Source: an uncultured archaeon
Lineage (GTDB): Archaea > Asgardarchaeota > Lokiarchaeia > Sigyniarchaeales > SOKP01
Assembly: GCA_964486045.1 (NCBI GenBank)
Contig: CAZALK010000001.1
Span: 128,001 to 192,000 of the forward strand
Reading direction: 5' to 3'
DNA: 64,000 nt
Part shown: positions 30,533-40,601 of the stretch, piece by piece
Layout of the letters: the number at the start of each line of letters is the position of its first letter
Numbering within the stretch: position 1 is the stretch's first letter
Position numbers and translations under genes: made by a program
The notes under the pieces: generated by a model
What the model saw: the letters and a program-made list of their open reading frames with translations, nothing else
What the model was told of the DNA's origin: nothing
Database searches by the model: none

Positions 30533-31711
30533 CTAACTTTCTTGAGTAGCTCTTGGCCGTTTGTTTATATGTATTTTTTCGAAGATAAAATGGCTCAATA
30601 GATAGCAAAGGATGACTGTTAGAGGAAATACAATGGTGAATTTTATAACAGGTAATATGGGTATAAATGCAAATCCGAGGGATACAAAGACAAGGACGGG
30701 TGGGTGAATTAGGTACATAGGAAATGCGCTAGAAGATAGGTTCTTTAGAATTTTTCCTTGCTTGTTGAATTTTGCATAAAAAATCTTAATTAATACAAAA
30801 ATCATCCCCATAGCTATGACATTTTCTACAACAGCAAATACAAGAGCATGCAAATTAAATCCCCCAAATAAGACACTATAATCTGAAACTATTCCCAGAG
30901 CCATAAAAGCGTATATATAAAATAATACAAACATAACTGCTATTATAATTGACCAGACTTTGACATGATTTCTAGTCATCTTTTCAAACCAATCATATCG
31001 AACAGCAATAACACCAATACTGAACATCATGAGATACGGAAAGAAAAATCCGAATGGGATTCCCAGCGGAAATTTGTCTACAGGAGAGATTAAGCGAATT
31101 AAAAAAGTAGCAAATCCTAAACTAATGGCTAAAAAGAGTAAATAGATATAACTTGGGATTGAAAATTCCTTTTGGATTCGACTTTGCACTGAGTCGATCT
31201 TTGTTATCTGACGCCATAGAGCATAAATAGCAGTAAAAATTAATAAAAGAAAGAGGTACCACATAGGACCAGTTCTTGTAAGAAAACCGATAAATACTTC
31301 CAGTGATTGAAATTGGCTCAAATAAAAATCTATTAAAGATCCTTGTGGTTCTATAATATAAGCCAAAAGAGGATTAATTAGCAAAATATATAAAACGAGA
31401 GGAATACCAAGACGTAGAAGCCGTTCTTTCCAGAATGAGGATGCGCCTTTTTTATCATAACTTTTGGGAGTAAAATACCCACCCATTAGAAAGAATAATC
31501 CCATAAGTGAGGCTTGAAAAAGACCTCCAATTGAGCTTAAAATTGTAAAAAATATAATGCTGAAAAGATCACTTGGTGATGCCTCAATATAATACCACCC
31601 ACCCGACCCACCATAAGTGACCCTCACGTGTTGGAATATCACGAGAATAGTAAATAAGACCTTAATATTATCTAGGAAAAAAAGCTTTGGTTTCTTAGGT
31701 TCTGTATTCAT
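30533..31711 (-). CDS. Membrane acyltransferase family 3 (OpgC/MdoC-like)
   Basis: LDNIK...LVIFQH, MGLFFLMGGYF, ERLLRLGIP, GPMWYL, YLIH; about 10 TM helices. Confidence 0.92.
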   Translation of the reverse strand: MNTEPKKPKLFFLDNIKVLFTILVIFQHVRVTYGGSGGWYYIEASPSDLFSIIFFTILSSIGGLFQASLMGLFFLMGGYFTPKSYDKKGASSFWKERLLRLGIPLVLYILLINPLLAYIIEPQGSLIDFYLSQFQSLEVFIGFLTRTGPMWYLFLLLIFTAIYALWRQITKIDSVQSRIQKEFSIPSYIYLLFLAISLGFATFLIRLISPVDKFPLGIPFGFFFPYLMMFSIGVIAVRYDWFEKMTRNHVKVWSIIIAVMFVLFYIYAFMALGIVSDYSVLFGGFNLHALVFAVVENVIAMGMIFVLIKIFYAKFNKQGKILKNLSSSAFPMYLIHPPVLVFVSLGFAFIPILPVIKFTIVFPLTVILCYLLSHFIFEKIHINKRPRATQES

Positions 31712-31870
31712 AAGAATGATAACCTCTGATTAATCATAGTTTTTTTAATAATATTACTTTATTAGAATTATCCAAAAATTTGGTTCTAATAAAACTTTTT
31801 AGATTCCAATTTAATAAATAAAAACTTAGAACACGCATTTATATTATTTAACAATAATAAAAATAATACC

Positions 31871-32953
31871 CTATTTTAAAGCCGGTTCTATTAGACCTAG
31901 ATCGATCATAGTTTGTCCGGTTTCGTACAACGTATCCTTGATGGTATGAGTCTTTAGGCCAAGTTCCTCGCGTGCCCGATCACAATGTGCAAGTGGTGCT
32001 TGGTAGACCTTCCCATATTTTTCGATGATCTTGTGTATTTCACCAGGTGGACCTCCCACATTGATTTGAGGGAACAAATCCTGTAGGTGGGCTTGAAGTT
32101 GCAACGCATCAATTTCTCCTGATTCATCTGTAGCACTCAATTGATAACGCCAGCTATTCTTACAGATATCGTTTTCGATCATTAGCGCCTGAGATTGGCC
32201 AACATCGCGCACGTCAATGATATTCCATAATGCATTCCATTGACGCCCGCAGGGCTTCCCAGCCAGCATACGACCAAGAAACCATTGCCAAGAACCTACT
32301 CGTTCATGCACCCGAGAAAGGAGTGGTCCCAGTACGGTAATGGGACATACAGATATGGCGTCAAAACGACCATCGATCCCAGCAAATCGGTATACCAGGA
32401 GCTCAGTCTCGACCTTGGCCATTGAATAAGCCATCTCGCCATCCTCATCAATTCTCTTTGAAGTCCAGTTCGGGTCATTCTCACGATTGTCCGACGCCCA
32501 ATCTTTCTCAGTGAAGATATAACCAGATGGCATTGGATGATGGATGGCAGAAAAAGAGCTTGTGTAAACGAACCTTTTTACCGTACCCACTTTTTTGACC
32601 GAATTGAGGACGTTTTTAGTGCCGTTTATCGCACCATCATAGATCTGTCGGGGATTATTGGAGCCACCATAACCCATTGGTGTGCCAGCATGAAGCACGG
32701 CACTACAATCCGTGAATGGTTCATCATAACTACCCTCCTCGAGCAAATTTCCGGTAAAAAGCTCCAAATGGCCAGAGTATTCTCCCCCATTGAGTGTCAG
32801 TAAATGTTCAGTCTTATCTGGGTTGTTTAATTCGGTTATACAAGCATGAATAGTATATCCGCGCTTCATCAACGCGATCACCACATGGGAACCTACATAG
32901 CCTGAGGCACCAGTCACCGCAATTGGACCATCCGATGGCGTTACTGCTGGCAT
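31871..32953 (-). CDS. NAD(P)-dependent epimerase/dehydratase (aldehyde reductase / DFR-like extended SDR)
   Basis: VTGASGYVG, YTSS, YSMAK, IDVRDV; GC clearly above its neighbours. Confidence 0.9.
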   Translation of the reverse strand: MPAVTPSDGPIAVTGASGYVGSHVVIALMKRGYTIHACITELNNPDKTEHLLTLNGGEYSGHLELFTGNLLEEGSYDEPFTDCSAVLHAGTPMGYGGSNNPRQIYDGAINGTKNVLNSVKKVGTVKRFVYTSSFSAIHHPMPSGYIFTEKDWASDNRENDPNWTSKRIDEDGEMAYSMAKVETELLVYRFAGIDGRFDAISVCPITVLGPLLSRVHERVGSWQWFLGRMLAGKPCGRQWNALWNIIDVRDVGQSQALMIENDICKNSWRYQLSATDESGEIDALQLQAHLQDLFPQINVGGPPGEIHKIIEKYGKVYQAPLAHCDRAREELGLKTHTIKDTLYETGQTMIDLGLIEPALK

Positions 32954-33235
32954 TTAACCTTCCTCGAATGTCTAAGAATGTAAACTCGAAAAACTCTATT
33001 TATTTTTCTCATCATATTCATCGTATATTTGAATTAATTTATAAATTTATAAATAGGCAAATCTATCATATATTCTCTAATTTTTTATTATTTAAACCAT
33101 AGAAATATCGCTCTGATATTCTTCTTTTTTCTTGAGAACCATTCTATTCTCATTCAATATTGAAATCTAATTCTTTCACCTTTCACAACAACATTTTCAT
33201 ACATTAAAATACTGTTTTGCGTAATACTTCTTATT

Positions 33236-34078
33236 TTACGGAATTTCAACACCTGGAACCTCTACTTTTACGAATTCAATTCTTCCACTTGATCTTTTTT
33301 GCTCGAATAATTGACTTGTGCAAAGAAAAAGGGTTCTTCCATCATCTCCACCCAGAGTGCATGCATACACATTTGTATCTTTTACTTTAATTGTAGAAGT
33401 GATTTCACCCCCTTCCAAAACACGTAAGACTTCTGCTTTGGATGGATTTGCGACCCATATTGCGCCTTCCTCATCAAGACATATACCATCTGGTGTAAAA
33501 TCTTTAATTTCAGCCCAAACTCTTCGATTTATTAGATTCCCTGAATTTTCAATATCAAAAGCAGTGAGTCGTCCTCCTTGGGTTTCTGCAACAATGAAAG
33601 TCTTGCAATCGGGAGTCACGATACATCCGTTTGGAAATAGAAGACCTTCAGCAACAACTTTAGCTTCACCATCCTGAGTGACCACGATGATGCATGTGGG
33701 TTTAGCTGGGGATTCAAGGGATTTAGTGCCCCAATTTCCTATGTAAGTTCGTCCGTTGGCATCAGTTACAGAGTCATTGCAGTTATATTCTGTAAATTTG
33801 CTTAAATCCGCATGAATTTTCAATCCTTCTGGATCTAAACGCATTAGACACCGATTTTGCATTGAAACTATAAGCATCCTCCCATCATTTAAAAAACCTA
33901 ATCCTGATGGCCAATCTTGTATTTGAACAAGATCTTCAGATTCCCCTTTCTCATCGACGGCAATGACTTTTCCTCCAGCAGCATCCGAAAAGAACAACTT
34001 ACCGTTTCGCCATCTAGGCCCTTCAGGGAACTCAAGATCCGATAATAAAACTTTAATCTCCGTTTTCATATTTATCAA
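33236..34078 (-). CDS. SMP-30/gluconolactonase family protein
   Basis: FPEGPRW, CND, FPNG, PDGICLD motifs. Confidence 0.93.
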   Translation of the reverse strand: MINMKTEIKVLLSDLEFPEGPRWRNGKLFFSDAAGGKVIAVDEKGESEDLVQIQDWPSGLGFLNDGRMLIVSMQNRCLMRLDPEGLKIHADLSKFTEYNCNDSVTDANGRTYIGNWGTKSLESPAKPTCIIVVTQDGEAKVVAEGLLFPNGCIVTPDCKTFIVAETQGGRLTAFDIENSGNLINRRVWAEIKDFTPDGICLDEEGAIWVANPSKAEVLRVLEGGEITSTIKVKDTNVYACTLGGDDGRTLFLCTSQLFEQKRSSGRIEFVKVEVPGVEIP

Positions 34079-34135
34079 TTTGATTCTATTTTATATAATA
34101 TATCCTTTTTTTCATCTCTTGTTGCTCTAGATGAT

Positions 34136-35353
34136 TCAAGCTGGAATTTGATATTCTGTTAAAGTTTTTGATCCTTTTATCCATTGAATTAACAATATTG
34201 TGAAAAAAATTGCTGATAGTGCAGGGAGTAATAATGAAGGAAGATATTGAATCATTGCACCACTTAAAATTGGGGTGATAATTTGTGCAATACTAGACAA
34301 AGCATTATTCACACCTAAAACACTTCCAGTTTCTTCTTTACTTACACTTTTCGTTAATTTACTTGTGAAAATTGGCCGACACACCCCAGTCCCAAATGCA
34401 ATAAAAATAAAGGGGATAAATGCAAAGATATAATCCGTTGTAAAAACAAGTATAACCATAGTAAATACCATTGAAATTATACCAAAAATCAGAGTGGAAT
34501 TTTCACCAAATTTTTTCTGAAGGGGATTTATGAGAAGAATCTGAAAAATTACTCTTAAAATACCAACCCATGCCATCAAGAATCCAACTTCTTGAGCAGT
34601 AACCTGTATCTGATATTTTGCAAATAATGGGAAACTTGTTATAAAAAGCATAAATCCGAAACTATAGACAAAGAAAAGTAGTAAGACCTTTCTCACGTTT
34701 GAATCTTTGAAAAATCGTTTTATTTCACCGACGGGAATAATCTCGTTAAATTTTATTTTAATTTTCTCATTTTTCGATGATAATGATTCTGGTAAAAATA
34801 ATATCACTAAAATTATAGAAATTAAGCTTATTCCTGCAGCGAATAACATCGGAATGGAATAATTAATTGTTGATAATATACCGCCAATCAAGGGACCAAA
34901 AATTAAACCTGCTCCAAATACTGCACTTGAATATCCGTAAATTTTTGTTCGATCTTGTGGAGAGGTTACATCACTAATATATGCTTGGCTTACAGTCATA
35001 TTACTCCCTATAAGTCCATCAATTAAACGTGCAGCAACTAAGAGCCATACAGAATCCGCGATACCAAGAAGAAAAAATCCAACTAAGGTACTAGTCTGAC
35101 TTATTAAAAGAATAGGTTTCCTACCAAAACGATCACTAAGCTTACCCGTAATAGGGCTAGCAAATAATTGACTAAAGCTGAAAACACTCATAATTAAACC
35201 TATTTGAAAAGGATTTAACCCTAATGATAATCCTAAAAAGGGCATTATAGGTATCACCATACTGAAGCCTAAAACTTCAGTAAACATAATTACAAAAATA
35301 ATCATCAAATGTTTTTTGAATTTAGCTTTCTGAGGTGGAATTGTGGAGACCAT
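34136..35353 (-). CDS. MFS transporter (TetA/DHA1-like)
   Basis: GKLSDRFGRKP motif A, GPLIGG motif C, 12 TM helices. Confidence 0.93.
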   Translation of the reverse strand: MVSTIPPQKAKFKKHLMIIFVIMFTEVLGFSMVIPIMPFLGLSLGLNPFQIGLIMSVFSFSQLFASPITGKLSDRFGRKPILLISQTSTLVGFFLLGIADSVWLLVAARLIDGLIGSNMTVSQAYISDVTSPQDRTKIYGYSSAVFGAGLIFGPLIGGILSTINYSIPMLFAAGISLISIILVILFLPESLSSKNEKIKIKFNEIIPVGEIKRFFKDSNVRKVLLLFFVYSFGFMLFITSFPLFAKYQIQVTAQEVGFLMAWVGILRVIFQILLINPLQKKFGENSTLIFGIISMVFTMVILVFTTDYIFAFIPFIFIAFGTGVCRPIFTSKLTKSVSKEETGSVLGVNNALSSIAQIITPILSGAMIQYLPSLLLPALSAIFFTILLIQWIKGSKTLTEYQIPA

Positions 35354-35671
35354 AGTAAGTCAATGATTTAAGCTCAAAAAAAATGATTTATTTTGTTAAC
35401 TGAAATCTTGAAGAGATTAAAAGCATGTACTTTTTAATATATTACTAAAAATTTTTGTTTTACAAAACGAAGTTCAATAAAGGATGACAAAAATTAACGT
35501 GACCTATTGTTTTGAATGCTTCTTAAATTTGATTTTTTTGTAAATAATAAATAACACTTCATATAAAACTCGTCGCTCCAGATGATTCTACCAATACCAA
35601 GGATTCAGCATGATCCATGTAGTGCAAATCTTTTAATTTTTGAAAATATTTTTTGAAATAGTGAATTTAAA

Positions 35672-36868
35672 ATGATAAATATTATTCAAGTAAATCCAGA
35701 ATCATTAGATGATGTTAGGCTAGCTATGGAAAAATTAATTGAACACCTTGATTATACACCATCAAAACCACGAATTTTTTTGAAACCAAACGTTGTAGAT
35801 GCTTTACCTCCAAATCAGGCTGTAGATGTAGACCCAATAGTATGTGCTGGTTTAATTTTAGCGCTTAATGATAAATTTGACATAGAAGAATTTGTTATTG
35901 GGGAAAACTCGGGTTATTTTTCAGAAAAACCTGAAAGTTTTCAACGTCTTATTGAAACATCAGGTTATGAGAAAATGGTGGAGAATTTAAAAGAGAATTA
36001 TAGTGTTCCTTTAAGTATCGTTAATTTGGAGTATGTAGATTTAGATGAGTATAAATGGAAATTCCCGCCTTATAAAATAAAACTACCCTCTCTTATAAAA
36101 ACGCACAGTTATATTAATCTACCTAAGATGAAAACACACGGGGCTTGTATGGTTACGTTAGGACTTAAAAATCAAAAAGGACTTCTCCTTTTGAAAAATA
36201 AGAAAAAGTTCCATCTCGGATATAGAGATGAAAATGATGTATACCATAGTACTCTACATGAGTGCATTTTTGAATTAGGGAATTTAGTACAACCTGAGCT
36301 TACAGTTTGCGATGCCACTCTTGCTTTAGAAGGAAATGGGCCTACAACAAATCCGGGTTTAACTTGGGTGAAAAAACTAGATATTTGCATTGGGGGTACC
36401 GATATGTTTGAAGTAGATAATGCTTGTTGTCAAATTATGGGAATTCCAGTGGATCTAGTTGAACACTTGCCAGAAATTAATGTCTCTTTAGCACCAGGTA
36501 GTCTACCTTTAACTTGTAAAGAACCATTTAAAAGACCAGTCAAACGTACTAAACCATTTGGTAATATGTATCATCACTCATCTATGTGGACATGCACAGG
36601 ATGTCAAATGACTTTAACTCGAATGAATAGAAAAATCACTTTCACTCCCGAATTAAGAGAGAAATTAAAGGAGAGAAATAAAAAGTATGAAAGAATTGAT
36701 TTTTTTGTAGGAAGAACAGAAGAAAACGATATTCCTGAAGACCACGGTGTTCTTCTATTTTGTGGAAATTGTACAAAAAAAATTGCTCAAAAATATCCAG
36801 AAGCAACATATGTTTCGGGTTGTCCACCCCATTACCGGGAGTTAGCAAAATTCTACGTAGACCTCTGA
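35672..36868 (+). CDS. DUF362 domain Fe-S protein
   Basis: LKPN, INLPKMKTH, TLGLKN.KG, EGNGP, CTGC, GNCT, GCPP. Confidence 0.88.
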   Translation: MINIIQVNPESLDDVRLAMEKLIEHLDYTPSKPRIFLKPNVVDALPPNQAVDVDPIVCAGLILALNDKFDIEEFVIGENSGYFSEKPESFQRLIETSGYEKMVENLKENYSVPLSIVNLEYVDLDEYKWKFPPYKIKLPSLIKTHSYINLPKMKTHGACMVTLGLKNQKGLLLLKNKKKFHLGYRDENDVYHSTLHECIFELGNLVQPELTVCDATLALEGNGPTTNPGLTWVKKLDICIGGTDMFEVDNACCQIMGIPVDLVEHLPEINVSLAPGSLPLTCKEPFKRPVKRTKPFGNMYHHSSMWTCTGCQMTLTRMNRKITFTPELREKLKERNKKYERIDFFVGRTEENDIPEDHGVLLFCGNCTKKIAQKYPEATYVSGCPPHYRELAKFYVDL

Positions 36869-36952
36869 CTTATCTTATTCTGAGAACATAGGAAGATTTT
36901 AAAATAGAGTTTGATTTTTCTTCCTCAATTTTGTTTTACTAATTTTACCCGT

Positions 36953-38119
36953 TCATAATAGTTCATAAATTTTCTTAACAAGTCGGTTTCCCCGGCTATC
37001 GGTGGTGTATCTGTTTTTTCGGGTTTCATCCAGAGGTTGTCTTCGCATCTTATTCATAACATAAGCAATACTCATTTTATTATCTAAATCCATAATGAGG
37101 GAGGATCCTCCCATACCTCCCCAATAAGCCGTATTTGGACTTGGTAGAGAGTGAAAATCATTTTTCAGACCCCAACCCAACCCATACCGAACTTTAGTGC
37201 CTAAAACTAAATCTGTATCAAAAATTTGCTCTTCTATAGATTTTGCAATCGTTTCTGGTTTTAAAATCTGGACTCCATCTAAAAATCCCCCGTTAGCAAT
37301 AATGGATCCTATTTTTACTACGGACCTTGCATTTCCAAACCCACGGGTTTCAATATCAAGCCATATTAAATCATTATCATGTACATTTTTCAAATCAGGA
37401 TTAGACCAAACTTTAAAAAAATATGAGTTTCGATCTATGCTTTCATCCCATACAAGTACCCCTAAAGGTATTTTGGGGGGAATCATATCTGCACGATTTG
37501 CTCTGAATTTTTCTGGTAGCATAATATGGTAATCAATATTGAAGGGTTCAGCTATTTCTTCTCTGAAAAACTTATTTATGGGTTTTCCTGAAATTCTCCT
37601 CACCAATTCTCCAAGCAAAAAGTACATTGTAGAACCATGGTAACCACATTTTGTACCGGGTTCCCACATTGGTTTTTGTTTAGCTAGAATGTTAACTATT
37701 TTATCCCAATTTTTTAAATCCTCAACTGTAATTTTTTCATCAAAAACGGGAAGACCCGCTGAATGACTAAACAAATTCCGTACAGATAATTTTTCCTTCC
37801 CCGATTGCGCAAATTCGGGCCAGTATTTTGCAACAGGAGCATCCAAATCTAATAAGTCCTTATCTACAAGAATGAGGGCGCAAATGGAAGTGATAATTTT
37901 ATTAGTTGAATAAACTTTAGCGATTGAATCTTTATTCCACTGTTGAGTTTTTTCTGAGTTTGAATATCCTCCCCAGATGTCTACGACTAATTTGTTGTCA
38001 AAAAATACTGCAAAGGAAGCACCAAATTCATTGAAATCATTAAAATTCTCCTTAAACACATCTCTTATAGCTTCAAATTTCGGATCTGTATAACCTTTTA
38101 CTTCTATATCACTTGACAT
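36953..38119 (-). CDS. Serine hydrolase, beta-lactamase-like esterase family
   Basis: STNK (SxxK), SHSAGL, WEPGT..GYH, WGGMGG. Confidence 0.92.
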   Translation of the reverse strand: MSSDIEVKGYTDPKFEAIRDVFKENFNDFNEFGASFAVFFDNKLVVDIWGGYSNSEKTQQWNKDSIAKVYSTNKIITSICALILVDKDLLDLDAPVAKYWPEFAQSGKEKLSVRNLFSHSAGLPVFDEKITVEDLKNWDKIVNILAKQKPMWEPGTKCGYHGSTMYFLLGELVRRISGKPINKFFREEIAEPFNIDYHIMLPEKFRANRADMIPPKIPLGVLVWDESIDRNSYFFKVWSNPDLKNVHDNDLIWLDIETRGFGNARSVVKIGSIIANGGFLDGVQILKPETIAKSIEEQIFDTDLVLGTKVRYGLGWGLKNDFHSLPSPNTAYWGGMGGSSLIMDLDNKMSIAYVMNKMRRQPLDETRKNRYTTDSRGNRLVKKIYELL

Positions 38120-38214
38120 TTCTTTATTTGTGCTTTGAAAGTATTTATAATCAAACTAAATATGTAGAGAAAAAAGAAAGAGTGAATAAAAATGTATGCG
38201 AAAGCAATAAATCT

Positions 38215-39483
38215 TTAAATTTGTTGATAATTTACACCAGGGGTAATTCCAGCAATTTTAAACAGATCATCTTGGTCAATTAATTCTTCTATTGTTTCTT
38301 GAGGCAACTGATTATAAAAGATTGGCTCTAAAAAATTTTCAGCACCTGTATATGGTTTATTTAATTTCTTTTGTAATGATGGATCCTCTTTTATTAAGCT
38401 AGCTAAGGGAGTATGGTTATAAATCCGATAATTAAAACTTATTCCAACTGTAAATGGTCTATTAATTTTTAAGAAATCAATCATTTTTTTAACTGACTTT
38501 AGAGTCTCATTAGCGTATCCGACTAATAAATCTATTGCTAGTTTAATATCGTATTTTTGGCAATAGTTTACAATTTGAGATAAATCATCATAGCTATACT
38601 TATTTGACTTCTGAATTCTCTCATCACTATCAACTGAAAGCGTTATTAAATAAGCCTTTGATTCATGTAAAAATTTAAATAGATCTTCGCTATATGGGGT
38701 TGGTTTCATATAAAGAGCCCATTTTAGGCCTAAATTTCTTTTAATTAATGCCAAACAGAAATCTATTGAAAACTTTAAGTTAGAATTAAACTCGGTATCA
38801 CATGTATGAAAATGATTATAACCTTGGTTAACCAAGTGAGTTAATTCCTTAACAATTTTAGGAATATCTTTGAATTGTACCCGTGTATTAGCTTCTATAC
38901 AATAAGGACATTGATTATTACAGCCAACATGAGTTTGAAATCCAACTATTCCTTCCTCCTTTAAATATTGTGGATAATTTAATTTGTTTCCTCTCAAGTT
39001 TACTAATTCTTTATCAACTCCTGTATACCAACCATCGAAAATTTTTTGCGTTAAATTATTTGATTGCCATAATTCTAAAAACATTGGAAATATCAACTCT
39101 CCAGGACCAATAATACCGTAATCTGCTTTAAGATAGTCTAAGATTTCGTTAGGCATGGCTGAGAATCCTGAACCTCCTAATACGACTGGAATATTTTGTT
39201 CTTTAACCCGTATCACTATAGGTTTGAAATCGGTTAAATAAAATTCGTTATTAAAATAAACTGCCGAATCAATATTACGGATGGTTAACCCTACTAAATC
39301 AAATGAATTTTTATTAAGAATTTTATCCAAATCCTCAGCTGGTGTATCTGAAAAACACAGGTCTAATATTTCAACATTATGGTTGTGTTTTTCTAACGCT
39401 GTAACTAGATATTCCAAACCAATTGGGATTACTGGAGGATTGTAAAACCTATTTGGGTTTATTAATAATACATTTAATCCCAT
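38215..39483 (-). CDS. B12-binding radical SAM protein
   Basis: PIGLEY, IRNID, GGSGFS cobalamin domain; CNNQCPYC. Confidence 0.9.
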   Translation of the reverse strand: MGLNVLLINPNRFYNPPVIPIGLEYLVTALEKHNHNVEILDLCFSDTPAEDLDKILNKNSFDLVGLTIRNIDSAVYFNNEFYLTDFKPIVIRVKEQNIPVVLGGSGFSAMPNEILDYLKADYGIIGPGELIFPMFLELWQSNNLTQKIFDGWYTGVDKELVNLRGNKLNYPQYLKEEGIVGFQTHVGCNNQCPYCIEANTRVQFKDIPKIVKELTHLVNQGYNHFHTCDTEFNSNLKFSIDFCLALIKRNLGLKWALYMKPTPYSEDLFKFLHESKAYLITLSVDSDERIQKSNKYSYDDLSQIVNYCQKYDIKLAIDLLVGYANETLKSVKKMIDFLKINRPFTVGISFNYRIYNHTPLASLIKEDPSLQKKLNKPYTGAENFLEPIFYNQLPQETIEELIDQDDLFKIAGITPGVNYQQI

Positions 39484-39547
39484 ATATCGTATTAATGCTA
39501 AGTTCGGATATATAATTTACTCAAGAATATTATCAAAACAATTACCA

Positions 39548-40471
39548 TTATAGCTTCAATTCCCATTGTTCTTCAGCCAGTTCTTGCCCCCAAATAAAGT
39601 GTTTTTTGGATTCTATTAATTGAAATCCATTCTTTGAATATAATTTACGGGCTTTTTTAAGGTCACTAAATGTCCCTAAAATGACTTTTTGGTAACCTTG
39701 ATGTCTGCAAAAACTAAGAGCTTCATGCATTAGTTTCGTTCCGATACCCTTATTTCTTGCATTAGGTTCAACAAGAAGCCAACGAAGTTGGCCAACTTTG
39801 TCATCTACATTCACTATAGCAATACAACCGACAATCTCATTTTCATTCTCAACAATCCACAAGTGGTCTTTAGTTGGATCATAGTTTTCAACAAATTTTG
39901 CCATATATTTTGCCACATAGGCTTCAAAAGTTTCATCAAGTTGATATTCATCGGCATAAATCACCCCATGTCGATATGTAATATACCCGATGTCGCCCGG
40001 TTTATGAGAGTGTAAAGTAAAAATTTCTGATTTCCTTGTCTCACCTTTTAAAATTCTCTCGATGGTATTCATTGCGGTGATGAGTTGTTCTTGGACCTCA
40101 TCGTTTACATTCCCCAGCAATGTGATAATCTGATCATTTGCTCTTTCCTGAAGTTCTAAAATCGCATGCTGTCCTTTGGATGTTAATGAGAGTAGTTGTT
40201 TTCGCCTATCCGTTTTTAACTTTTCTTTTTTAATTACGTTTTTTTCTTCAAAACTACTCAATATTCTGCTGAGATAAGCTGGATCCAAGGAAAGGAGTTT
40301 TACAAGGTCACTAGCAGTTGCTCTTGATAAACGGTCAAGTTCAAACATAATTCTCACTTCTGTTAAAGAATAACTACTTTTTAGCAGGGTTCGATCCAAA
40401 AGTCCGAGTAAATTGGTATAGTAACGGTTAAAACTTCTTATTTTTCCTACTCTATCCAAGTTTTGTGTCAT
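39548..40471 (-). CDS. Bifunctional MarR HTH regulator / GNAT acetyltransferase
   Basis: RSFNRYYT...LSLDPAYLSRIL...DRR MarR domain; LRWLLVEP.ARNKGIG GNAT domain. Confidence 0.93.
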   Translation of the reverse strand: MTQNLDRVGKIRSFNRYYTNLLGLLDRTLLKSSYSLTEVRIMFELDRLSRATASDLVKLLSLDPAYLSRILSSFEEKNVIKKEKLKTDRRKQLLSLTSKGQHAILELQERANDQIITLLGNVNDEVQEQLITAMNTIERILKGETRKSEIFTLHSHKPGDIGYITYRHGVIYADEYQLDETFEAYVAKYMAKFVENYDPTKDHLWIVENENEIVGCIAIVNVDDKVGQLRWLLVEPNARNKGIGTKLMHEALSFCRHQGYQKVILGTFSDLKKARKLYSKNGFQLIESKKHFIWGQELAEEQWELKL

Positions 40472-40489
40472 TATTATTCATAATAGAAA

Positions 40490-40544
40490 ATGATTTTATC
40501 AATTTTAATCTTGACAAAATCAACTAAATATTTAACTTTATCAA
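40490..40544. promoter_or_regulatory. Three phased TTGA-N5-TCAA boxes; candidate MarR operators
   Basis: ATGATTTTATCAA (40490), TTGACAAAATCAA (40511) and TTAACTTTATCAA (40532), at exact 21-bp spacing. Confidence 0.6.
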
Positions 40545-40601
40545 GTTTTTTTGAAATCAAGAGCTTTTAAAACATAGATCATAAATTTAAAGGTGATATT
40601 A

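Noticed and set aside
33130-33190. AGGTGA followed by TTA on the minus strand
   Set aside because: The frame closes after six codons. It shows that SD-plus-NTA can arise by chance, so it is not supporting evidence.
35570-35632. Moderately GC-rich intergenic stretch as a C/D-box sRNA or gene remnant
   Set aside because: No complete C (RUGAUGA) plus D (CUGA) arrangement on one strand and no convincing reading frame.
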